Source: Catajapyx aquilonaris
Lineage: Eukaryota
Length of the DNA: 35,493 nucleotides
Assembly (NCBI GenBank): GCA_000934665.2
Contig: KZ537957.1
Location: 186,001-221,493, forward strand
Direction: 5' to 3'
Part shown: piece after piece, positions 25,536 to 35,493 of the stretch
How the letters are laid out: each line of letters opens with the position of its first letter
Position numbering within the stretch: position 1 is the first letter of the stretch
Position numbers and translations under genes: made by a program
Notes under the pieces: generated by a model
Database searches by the model: none
What the model saw: only the letters and a program-made list of their open reading frames with translations
Told to the model about the DNA's origin: nothing

Positions 25536-25564
25536 CTCTCTCTCTCTCCCTCCCTCTCTCTCTC
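25536..25564. repeat. (CT)n microsatellite, interrupted
   Basis: ctctctctctctccctccctctctctctc. Confidence 0.8.
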
Positions 25565-25708
25565 CGCCAGGGACGATTCAAATAGGGGTCTTTCCGAATC
25601 AAGTGGACCTAAACGTTGCCAGACCATCTCGGATCTTGGTTAAAATAATCACAGATATACCCACCTATTCCTTAATGCGGCTGATAAATTTTCAGCCATA
25701 TTGCACAA

Positions 25709-26217
25709 TACCACGATGAGGGAAAATTGCAAAATCTGGAAATGGTTGAAATTTTTGGAAAAAAAATTCGGTTAGGGGAAGTGGTCAAAACGCAATGAAC
25801 GTGTACGAGTACGGTATATCAAAAGAAAGATAAACACCAGGAAAATGTGTCCATGGAATTAGTTTTCCTCTCAAATGTAAAAATAAAATTAAAATAAGTT
25901 TTTGAGATATACTGCATTTACTTTATAGATAACTTAGCCCATTGGTAAATGCAGTATACCTCAGAAACAGTGCCTTACACTGCTTACAGCAGAAAATAAT
26001 TCTAATGGCCGGTTTCACCAAGCCTGGTTTTCATAAAAACCCCGGTTCTTTCGGAAAATCCCTATTCTATTTGCAGAGATTTATTTTCCAAAAGAACCGG
26101 AGTTTTTATGAAAACCGGGCTTGGTGGAACCGGCCATAAGTGCAGATTTGAACCGGAAGAAATTCTCCAAAATTTTCAACCATTTCCAGATTTTGCAATT
26201 TTCCCTCATCATGGTAT
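25709..26217. mobile_element. Non-autonomous DNA-transposon-like foldback (outer arms ~55 bp) hosting a nested MITE
   Basis: taccacgatgagggaaaattgcaaaatctggaaatggttgaaatttttgga (25709-25759) is inverted at ~26165-26217. True element ends not resolved. Confidence 0.6.
26006..26136. mobile_element. PIF/Harbinger (Tourist-like) MITE, 131 bp
   Basis: About 54-bp terminal inverted repeats TGGCCGGT...ACCGGCCA flanked by a TAA duplication (26003-26005, 26137-26139). Confidence 0.85.
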
Positions 26218-26861
26218 GGAGCATGTGATTCCGAGAAAAAGATTCCAGAACGGAAGGCATGTATACATCGATTTTCATATTTTCCAACAATTGACCTAAT
26301 ATCCAGCTAATATGACAGCAGATACAAGTTTCATCTTTAGTACAGTATGACGCACAGTGGTTCAAAACGAGAAAAAGGCGCGAAAAAAATTGATTTTTGA
26401 CTATTTAGTGTGAGCTTGCAAACTGCGCAAATGAAAGTGCAGCATGTGAGGTACTGTACATGTGGTACTACTTGTTTGTTCAATCCTTATTGCATAATAA
26501 ATACCCCATGTTCCGAAAGTAATGAAAAAAATTGCAAAAATTGCAGTTTTTTCCGTCATGGCCATTTTTCCTTGAAAATCTCCATATTGTCGTTCATTAC
26601 AGTGACACTGCTTTCGCTATTTTATTTTAAATGCTTTCTAAAACTTAAACTACATCATGACGGACTTAATGATTGAAAAATATTTCATTTCTTTTATACA
26701 GTATGAATGTGACCAAAATGCATGATACAAGGTGTCAAGCATTTTTGATATTCTTGGAAATTTATCATCTATACCGTATGCGTGCATATTTTTGCAGCAG
26801 TTCTGTTATACTTGGAGTCTAAAATGTGACACTGTAATTTATGCAATTAGTGGAACCATTT

Positions 26862-27150
26862 AAAAAAAATCTCGGCAAGCTCTGCCCCGAGGCCAAACCA
26901 CCAAACGCGGACAATAAGAGCGGATATAATAATGAGAAAGGCGCTGTCACCGCTCACAAAATAACTCCGGGGGCAGTTCGCCTCGGGGCCGATTCACCGG
27001 GTAAGAGAAGGTCCGGTCTCTGGTCACTCCAAAAAAATTACCAGCAAGATCTGCCCCGGGACCAAGCCATAAGACGCGGACAATCGGAGCCCTGACAGCA
27101 ATGAGAAAAGCGCAATCACCATTCACAAGATCACTCCGGCGGCATCGGCC
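26862..27150. repeat. Diverged tandem duplication, period ~170 bp
   Basis: gcaag.tctgcccc...acgcggacaat...aatgagaaa.gcgc..tcacc..tcacaa.at.actccgg occurs at ~26875-26975 and ~27044-27143. Confidence 0.75.
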
Positions 27151-27171
27151 CTGGCTATTGTGTCCAGCACT

Positions 27172-27246
27172 GGAGACGTATACTCATCCAGGTCACTCGC
27201 AATCGACTTTGTCGATTGCAAGTGACCTGGATGAGTATACGCCTCC
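27172..27246. repeat. Hairpin: 36-bp arms, 3-nt loop, 2 mismatches
   Basis: ggagacgtatactcatccaggtcactcgcaatcgac-ttt-gtcgattgcaagtgacctggatgagtatacgcctcc. Confidence 0.92.
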
Positions 27247-27861
27247 TGTACCAGCGGAGGTGTACATTGTACCCATTAGCATCGCAAAGAGTAACGACTA
27301 ACGAGTGCCGAGTAAAGCCTCGGCGACGCCTCGAACGACACTTACTTGCTCAGCACGCTGTAGTCCTGCTGTAGTATAGTGATAAGTTCTACAGTACCGG
27401 CCGGTAGTCCACCAGTAAGCTAAGCGTCGTCGGTAAACTCCGCAGCTCCAAAACAGAGTGACTGAAGCGTCGCGTCGGTGGGATCTAGCAGGAATCAGTG
27501 TCAGCCAAAAAATACCTGAAAAATACCACGTGGAAAACTTTCTCAAAACCACTTAAGGACAATAAAAATCCCTTGGCGTTGATTCTGAAGAGGCCGCGGC
27601 GAAACGATAACATCTTTCCTTTCCCAACCCCACCACCTCCTACGGTACCAAGTCTAATCCGCAAAAGCAGGGTCCGAATGACCATGCTGGGTTAGGTCAG
27701 AATCCGGCGTTGCCTAGTTAGGAGCTTAGGACGCCGGTACACGACCACAAATGCTGTGTGTGTCATTCGTGCAGTTAGCACCATGATGGCTTGTGTTCCT
27801 GAGATGTAGTATATCATCAATGGCAAAACGTTGTACGTACACGATGTGTGCCTGTTTATCT

Positions 27862-27919
27862 GGCCGGAATGAACCTCGACAAAACACCACTTGGTGTTTT
27901 GTCGAGGTTCATTCCGGCC
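27862..27919. repeat. Perfect palindrome: 28-bp arms, 2-nt spacer
   Basis: ggccggaatgaacctcgacaaaacacca-ct-tggtgttttgtcgaggttcattccggcc. Confidence 0.95.
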
Positions 27920-28235
27920 CGTGGTCCGCCCAGGGGCGACGCGACGGAAGGAGTGCGTCAAGGGATTGGCAGGTAAGATGGGTTACACGTAGCGTAGTAG
28001 GATGAGTGCAAGGTAAAGGAAACGTATGCCACGTAATAGAGTGTAAGAATATTTTATTTCACAGAAATACATTGAACAAGATTTGATCATTCGGCGAAAG
28101 TGTATGCAATTGATATTTGATGAATTTCAGATAAATGATGCGATTTTCCCCGTGAATGTACCGTTTTTATTTTATTACTATATTTGCCTCAACTGCTTCA
28201 ACATTCAACTACTGACGTTTCACTCTAAGGATACC

Positions 28236-28877
28236 TCACGCCTTGTCCTTGTCCTTGCCCTTGAAGCACTCATCGCCGAGTGCATCGAATCCGGAGCAGT
28301 CCTTACCGTCATATTTTCGCTCTGTAACGTACCAGCATTAGTAAACATTCAAAAATAATATTGGGGTGGATCACTTACGTTTCTTGACGCATTCTACAAC
28401 CTTCTTTTTGGCATCTTCAGGGACGTCCTTTGGAGAGCAGCCTTCAACGTACTGAGCGACTTTTTCTATATCAGGAGTACGATCGGGCTTCAGCTGTAGA
28501 TGGCGTTTAGTAGGGAATTATTTCAAGTTCCACATTTATAACCAATAACATGCAGTAGCGTAGGCCTACTTACCATGCTCATCTTGTCCATGACACACTG
28601 AATCTGGCACTGAAATTAGAAGCAGGTATCACACAATTGTCCAGCACAATCTCCATTGCGTTCCTACCTTAGGTTTATCCTTGGTTTCTTCCTTGCATGG
28701 TTCTATGAAATCTTTGGGGGTTTTTTGTGGGCACTGTAAAAAAAATTGATATCAATTTTTGGACCTGCAAGAAATGTACAGTGATATACCTACCTGGGCC
28801 GAGGCAGCGCCAGATTCGTCTCTGAGAAACAAAGCGACGGCACAGAGCAGGAGAAGTAGTCTGCAGATGTGGTTCAT
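28236..28877 (-). CDS. Secreted Cys-rich OBP-like protein, copy A (128 aa, 5 exons, most divergent)
   Basis: Exons 28877-28794, 28733-28668, 28609-28574, 28493-28379, 28321-28236, all GT-AG, phases 0/0/0/1. MNHICRLLLLLCAVALFLRDESGAASAQ|CPQKTPKDFIEPCKEETKDKPK|CQIQCVMDKMSM|LKPDRTPDIEKVAQYVEGCSPKDVPEDAKKKVVECVKK|QRKYDGKDCSGFDALGDECFKGKDKDKA*. Confidence 0.85.
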
Positions 28878-29689
28878 GGTGACTGGTACCTTGTCGCAGA
28901 AATAACAGCGATTTTATGTTGAACCTGATGCTTCGTTTTTCTACGGTTCAGAAGACATCTACAATGCAGCGTTTGCGTCGAAACCGAACTAAATGAAGAT
29001 CCGGATCTTTGTCCCAATCAGAGGCTTTATGTTGTAAAGCACTCTACTTGTTTGTAGCACGCACTTTGTTGCGGTATATGAGTACGCTAATAGTAAAAAT
29101 TGGCTAAATTGAGACATACCTGCGAAAAGAGCATTGTTCGAGTTTGGCTGTAAAGAACTTGTGGGCACAAGCACGGAATTACACTCGTATGACATCAGTA
29201 TATGACGTCCGAATTTTTAAGTACAGCGGATTCGGTTGCATCAATGCTTGAAGGACAGTTTAGCTCTGTAGGTTGGGCTGGTCATACGCTATTTTTAGTT
29301 GAGGAATATTCGAATTTGCGGTTATACAAAGCCTTTTAGCGAAAGCAAATGTTGGGTACTGATATGTTTCTAATGCGAATAATTCAAAATACATTGCATC
29401 TAATGCGTGGCGTTGTGTGGATTGTTGTAACAATAAAACCTATATGGATGTCAGCTTAATTCTGAAATGCAATGCACATGTAAGTCCCTGCTTCATTTCT
29501 CAGGGCAATGCCTAATAGGCCTACTCCAGCTACTGTATATTCCCAATTTTCTTGATTGAAATCAGATATATCAAAGCCATATACTTGCATACTTTTATTG
29601 TTTGCACTGAAAGGGAATGACATGTAAGCTACATGCTGCACACGCTTTTCTTCATGCCAAACCCATAAGACAATCCCTTATCCACAATG

Positions 29690-30603
29690 CTAAGGTGCTG
29701 GTCCTGGTGGTCCATAACACTCATCCAAATCTTCGTAAGTGCTGCATACATTTTCATTGCATTTACTCTCTGGAAAGGTGAAAAGTGCATTAGTTTCTGA
29801 AATGTACTGTGTATTGCAGTAAGTATTACACCCGCATCGGGTGCAATTGCGGATTCTCCTGCGTCAAGTTGTTGCTCTGTTGCGTCAAATTAGCAGACCA
29901 GAAGAACTTGTCATTAATTCCCCAATTATCCCTCCCCTCCTCTCCAGGGCCTGTATATCTGTAAATCTAGTTACCCTGTTACTTACCTTTGCCTTTCAAG
30001 CAAAGTTGCATAGACTCAGGTACTTCTATTGGGGGACCTTCGGGACCGTTGGGACCATAGGAACTAGGACACTTTTCCAGCTCCTCAATGAATTTGTCGC
30101 TGTCCAATGCACCGCCCTCCTTCAGCTGCAACAGTGGCACAAATCAGACGAAGCAGTTTTGGAATCAAGCTTATGCGAAAATAGTTTCCTGGTAATGAGC
30201 AGTGATCTGATAGAAACTTACCACGCCAGCCATCTTGAGTGAGCATCTCTCAGGGCACTCCTAAAACGAGTCCAGCAAAATTAATGACGTGGGTGGCTAT
30301 TGATTTAGTGAGTAGGCTACTGGTATATGCTTACCTTATCCTCCTCTTTGCATTTCTCGATGTTCTGGGGGGAAAACTTACACTGTAAGAAAATGACGTC
30401 ATTATAAAATTAACAGAAATTCTGAAGTCGGTAGTTCTTGCAAATACACCTGTGCAACATCACTAAGGTAATCAAGAGTGTATCTCTGTTCCTGTGATGA
30501 TTTGATCTACCTAGAGTCTTGAGTAAACCTGACTTACGTCATCAGCCTGAACCTGATTGCTCAGGAGAAACACCGTCACGCAGAAGAAAATGACTGTCTT
30601 CAT
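29690..30603 (-). CDS. Secreted Cys-rich OBP-like protein, copy B (123 aa, 5 exons)
   Basis: Exons 30603-30538, 30382-30335, 30260-30222, 30125-29987, 29769-29690. MKTVIFFCVTVFLLSNQVQADD|CKFSPQNIEKCKEEDK|ECPERCSLKMAGV|LKEGGALDSDKFIEELEKCPSSYGPNGPEGPPIEVPESMQLCLKGK|ESKCNENVCSTYEDLDECYGPPGPAP*. Confidence 0.9.
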
Positions 30604-30628
30604 GGTTATCACGGAATGAGAAAACCAC

Positions 30629-30660
30629 ACTGATTTGCAAAGTGTCACTCTTATTTTATA
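30629..30660 (-). promoter_or_regulatory. TATA box plus TCAGT initiator of copy B
   Basis: On the - strand, TATAAAA starts at 30660 and TCAGT spans 30633-30629, so the TATA begins 29 nt before the Inr A. Homologous TATAAAA at 32721 (copy C) and 34779 (copy D). Confidence 0.7.
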
Positions 30661-31665
30661 GCCTTGCTGTAATATAGAGATGACTGAGTATGTAACTATG
30701 TCACCTTGGACGTGTTGACAGTGTGCCTTACGTGATGCGAATTATGTAATTTCCTTCTGATTCGTTACGAACAAATGCATGAGATTGGGTTTCAGGGTGT
30801 GATAGAATTCATGGACATGTAAATCACGCGAATGATCACATCCTGCACTGTACCTAGAGTGTACTATGTATCAAATAAAGACGTAACTTTTGGTTACCCA
30901 GTATTTTTCATGCTTTTGCAAGACCAGAATTCGTGTGACAAGGAAATGCTTCCGATGGCATGTCACTGATGACAAGATAGTAGAGGAGAGATATTTATCG
31001 TATGGGTTAAAGATTATTATGGATATTATTTTCCTTTCACTGTGCTTTCTACGAAATTCCAGACATTTCAAAGTTCATTACGTATTGGAGTTTTAGAAGA
31101 TGCTGCGTTCCTTATAATCTCACATCACCGTATGCACAGAGTATGCACAGGTATGCAGGATACCGTATACGCCTATAAGGTAATGCCTTTCCTCCATCAA
31201 ATTTTTGCTAGCAAAATGAGAGAGGTCATCCAGGAAGAATATTTGACCTAGGTTGCCTTCTACACTTGTGAGAATAGAACTGACAGCTGGACCAATCAGT
31301 GTTCATTTTTTGTTACGTGTTATTCTCCGCCGTTTCATCCTAAATCACCCTTTTAATTAGGTATACTATAAGATATAGGACTTAGACAAGAACTCTGAAA
31401 ACAATGTCATATACAGATATACTTGCCTTTTTATTGTTCGTACTGAAATCGTACGGGGACCTATAGGTTGTTCGAAATTTAATTTGTGATCATCCATTTT
31501 ATACTGTAAAACCCTAATACAATAGCTCGTAGTTACCAACACCATACACTACTATAGGCTTACTTGCACATCTGCATTTTTATTGTTCCCACTGAAATCG
31601 CATGACATATTGACAGCCTTTATGCTCACCCCTGCACCACACAGTCACATACCAAACCCACAAGG

Positions 31666-32665
31666 CTACGGTTGTCGTTCAAAACACCGTTCCAATGGTT
31701 TGTAAGTGTCGCACTTGCCTTCGACGCATTTACTTCCTGTAAGGGTGGAAAGTGCGTAAGTTGATTAATTGCACCGGACAAGTCAGAATATTGTGACTAC
31801 ATCAGTATCGGCAGAAATATCGTGTACTCTCCTGCGTCAAGTTGGTACTCCTGTACCGCCAAATTTTAGTAGGAGACCAGAAGGGCCTATTACGTGGATG
31901 TGTAACTTACTAACCATATCTCCTGTTTTATCCCTTCTCTCCCCAATGTACCAACATGAGTAGTGGATATCTGCGACATGTCCACCGATACGGATGTAAG
32001 CTTATAATATTATGAAACACACGATATGTTATGCATTGCATACTGTGTGAATGGTAATTATAGTCACGCTGTTCCTTATACCTGCGTTTTTCACACAATC
32101 TTGCATTCCCTGAGGAGGTTCTATCGCTTTACCGTTAGGACCAGGGCACTTTTTCAGCTCCCCAAAGAATTTGTCACAGTCCAATGCACCACCCTCCTTA
32201 AGCTGCATGGAACAAAATAATATTAGACATGGTGATTTTTGTTATAGATTTTGTGGAAATATCGGTGATTGAGCACTGTTGGTAGAAACTTACCACCCCA
32301 GCCGCCTTCAGAAGACAACTAAATCGGCAATCCTAAAATGAGTTTAGTGAAATTAATGACGCTGTACTTGTTAAATTAGGGAGGTTTATGGTTACCTTTT
32401 CTTCACCAGCACAATTTCTGAAATTCGGGGGTGAAAATTTACACTGCAAGAAAATGAAGTCGTATAAGTGACATTAAAATTATAACTAATGTTCTGAAGT
32501 CGGTTGACCTTGCAACTGCAACACCTCTACGGTAATCAAGAGTGGATCTCTGTTCAGGTGGTGATTTGATCTACCGAGTCTTTAGTAAACCTGACTTACA
32601 TCATCTGCCTGAACTTGATTGCTCAGAAGCACAGCCACGCAGAAGAAAAAAATGACAGTCTTCAT
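31666..32665 (-). CDS. Secreted Cys-rich OBP-like protein, copy C (114 aa, 5 exons)
   Basis: Exons 32665-32600, 32443-32396, 32332-32294, 32202-32082, 31736-31666. MKTVIFFFCVAVLLSNQVQADD|CKFSPPNFRNCAGEEK|DCRFSCLLKAAGV|LKEGGALDCDKFFGELKKCPGPNGKAIEPPQGMQDCVKNA|GSKCVEGKCDTYKPLERCFERQP*. Confidence 0.9.
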
Positions 32666-33365
32666 GGTTTACCCTCAAGTGAGAAAATGATAATCATTGC
32701 AGACTTTCACGTCTTTTTATAACGTCGCTGTGCCATAGGGATGATTGATGATGTAATTGTGTCACCTTGCACTTATTGATGGCGTGTCTCATATGCGTGT
32801 ATGCTTGAGAGAGGATGTGGGATGTGGGTTTGTATAGTTTGTTGCATTATATGGGACAAATGCAAAAAAATGTGAAAAATTGAATCAACGCAGGTGGAAC
32901 TGTTTTATTAAAATGTCATCGAATTATGAGGTATATTGCATTATTTTGATAATAATCGGAGACAGGAGAGGAGTAGCCCAGTTTGCCAACTAAATGAGAG
33001 AGACCTGTATACTCTGGGTCCAGCCTGGGACAACCAAGAAGAATATTCATTTCAACCAGGTTGCCTTCAACACTTTCAAGAATCGTACTGTAAGCTGGAC
33101 GTTGATTCTTGTCCAATCAGCACTTATTTTTTCATTACGTGTGACATGGGGACACGATTTTTCGCAATTTAATCATAAATCATTATTTTCATAAAACTGT
33201 AATGATATAAGACGGTCTAATAAAACGAGTACGCAGATAATAAGGCCATATACAGTAGGCTACATGCATTTTTATTGTTCGTACTGATATCGTAGTACAT
33301 GTAGACGACATGATGCACATGATTTACTTCACACCAAACCCATAAGATCATTCTCATCCACCATG

Positions 33366-34726
33366 CTAAGGTTTCTGTGGTGGTTTAAAACACTCTTTCA
33401 ATGATTGGTAAGAGTCGCAATCGTTTTCATTGCATTTACTTCCTGTATACGTGAAAAGTGCGTTAGTTTCTGAAATGTACAGCGTGATACCAGGGAGCAT
33501 ATACTACATATAGTATATGCTCCCTGGTATCACACTGTACATTTCAGTGTTAATATTGCATCCGTATCTGTAGTAATATCGAGGACTCTGTGTCATGTTG
33601 TTCCTCCTGTACTGCCAAATAATAGCTGTTCCTTACCTTTGTCTGCCAAGCAGGTTTTCATAGAGTCAGGTATTTCCATTCCCCCTGGGGGTCCTCCGGA
33701 AGGACCAGGGCACTTTTTCATCTCGGTAATGAATTGTTCACAGTTCAACGCACCACCCTCCTTCAGCTGCGTGGAACAATTCAGACGTGGTCAAATAAAG
33801 TTTTAGAAGCAAAATTTTCTAAATATATACAGGGTGTTTCCGAGCTATCTTTAGAAACTTCTAGGGGTAATAGAGGGGACCACGACAAACATATTTCATA
33901 TAGGAACCCGTGTCCGGAAACGCCATCTAGAGGGGGTTCTCATAGACGAGGAACGGGTGCGCTCAGATGCTTCACGCGGGAGGCGCTAGTAGAGCAGACT
34001 GTTTTCTTGATAGATGGCGCTCTAATAGTAAGCACCAATGCGATGTGCCATAACCTGGCAACAGCAGAGCCATCTAGCAACTAAAGTCTACCTCCTAGGA
34101 GACGCGTGGAGAGTAAACAACAGTTCTGTTGCTGCCAGGTTATGGCGTATCGCGTCGTTGTAAGCAAACAACGACGCGATATGCCATAACCTGGCCATCT
34201 GTCAACAAAACAGTCCGCTCGCCTAGCGCCTCCTGCGTGACGCATCTGAGCGCACCCGTTCCTCGTCTATGAACCCCCTCTAGATGGCGTTTTCGGACAC
34301 GGGTTCCTATATGAAATGATCACTGTTGGTAGAAACCTACCGTTCCAGCATTCTTGAGCAAGCATTTTCCAATGCATTTCTGTAATGAGATCAGTAAATT
34401 AATAATTTAGTACTATTAAATTAGAGAAGTGTTTAGTTACCGGATCCTTTTCCGCTGTCTTGCATTTCTCCATGTTCGCGACCGAAAACATACACTATAA
34501 CAAAAATGATACTGTGAATAATGATTTTAAAATTAACTGAAGTTCTGAAGGAGATTGTCCTTTCAAATACAACACCGCTACTGTAATCAAGAGTGACTCT
34601 CTATTCGGGCTGTGATTTGTTCTACCGATATAGTATTGAGTAAACCTGACTTACATCCTCGGCCTGAACGTGATTGCTCAGAAATAGCACAGCCATCACG
34701 CAGAACAATATCATGAGTGTCCTCAT
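33366..34726 (-). CDS. Secreted Cys-rich OBP-like protein, copy D (123 aa, 5 exons)
   Basis: Exons 34726-34655, 34494-34441, 34379-34341, 33766-33637, 33442-33366. MRTLMILFCVMAVLFLSNHVQAED|CMFSVANMEKCKTAEKDP|KCIGKCLLKNAGT|LKEGGALNCEQFITEMKKCPGPSGGPPGGMEIPDSMKTCLADK|GSKCNENDCDSYQSLKECFKPPQKP*. Confidence 0.9.
33470..33547. repeat. Intronic hairpin: 37-bp arms, 4-nt loop, 1 mismatch (intron 4 of copy D)
   Basis: ctgaaatgtacagcgtgataccagggagcatatacta-cata-tagtatatgctccctggtatcacactgtacatttcag. Confidence 0.93.
33830..34317. mobile_element. Tc1/mariner-type foldback MITE in intron 3 of copy D, right end truncated
   Basis: Starts TA|CAGGGTG. Long inverted arms run from 33893 to 34317 (atttcatataggaacccgtgtcc.../...ggacacgggttcctatatgaaat). 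Absent from the equivalent introns of copies B and C. Confidence 0.85.
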
Positions 34727-35140
34727 GGTTTATTCCCAAGTGAGAAATTCATATTTGCAGAGTTTCACACCGTTTTATAGTCCAGTGGGCTGTATTGCCT
34801 GTATAAAGCTGAATTGTACCACCTGGCCGCACCTGGTACGTATTGATAGCATGCATTCCGTGATGCAAAATTGCGTAATTTCCTTCTGATTTGTTAAGAA
34901 CAAATGCATGGGTGTAGTTATTCAGTCAGGATGATAGAAAAGTCTTGAATCACGTGTAAATCACAACGACTGATCACAACTTGCACTATACCTACAGTGC
35001 ATACAGGGTACCAAATATAGATACGTTTTGTTGATCACTGAATAGAATTTCGATTCATTTAGCACGAAATGTTTCCGGTGACGTCACTGAAAAAAATTTG
35101 ACTGAAGGATCAAGGAGGCCATTTATCACACTCATTAAAC

Positions 35141-35493
35141 TTAACCCTTTGCTGCCTACGGCCATCCTATGATTTCCGAGCTTGCATTGCTGGAGGGCCT
35201 ACGGCCATCATATGATGTCCGGAGATTTGCCCTGCCAACTTGGGTCATTTTTCAACGCAAAAAATTTCAACCTCACCGATTTTCTTGAAATTTGGTGCAT
35301 TGGTAGCCCACCCCAAGGGATGAAAAACGCACCTATAGTTACCTGATCAAAAAAATGACCTCGTGACCCAATTTGAGGGGGGCAGAGGTCAAATTATAAA
35401 ATTTCGACCTCACCGATTTTCTTCAAATTCGGTGCATTGGTAGCCCACACCAAGGGATGAAAAACGCACCTATAGTTACCTGATCAAAATGAC
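35141..35493. mobile_element. Left end of a piggyBac-like non-autonomous element with internal tandem repeats (runs off the window)
   Basis: TTAA|CCCTTTG start, subterminal direct repeat gcctacggccatc.tatgat.tccg x2, and a ~137-bp tandem unit x2 (from ~35262 and ~35399). Confidence 0.65.

Noticed and set aside
29841..30242. 133-aa + strand ORF
   Set aside because: Antisense to exons 3-4 of OBP-like copy B, with no coding features of its own.

Overview
Eukaryotic (invertebrate, probably arthropod) genomic DNA with spliceosomal introns and one 13-N assembly gap (7013-7025); nearly all short ORFs in the supplied track are spurious. I reconstructed by hand: (1) a + strand, 5'-incomplete, multi-exon STELLO/DUF288-like glycosyltransferase-family gene (exons 9565-9747, 13063-13465, 14924-15171, 15875-18092) with degenerate acidic motifs and large acidic insertions; (2) a convergent, complete 4-exon IFT81 gene on the - strand (22121-18910, 677 aa) with a GC-AG intron and an RFX X-box upstream; (3) a decayed PIM-like Ser/Thr kinase pseudogene with SIM-like N-terminal repeats, split by a 490-bp solo LTR; (4) several MITEs/foldback elements and near-perfect short-loop hairpins; (5) most notably, a tandem array of four intact 5-exon genes (- strand, 28236-34726), absent from the ORF track, encoding secreted 114-128 aa Cys-rich proteins. 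These have an odorant-binding-protein (OBP)-like Cys skeleton but an unusually short C1-C2 spacer and extra cysteines, and one compared mature exon diverges much faster than a compared intron segment. All family assignments are from remembered motifs, not database searches.
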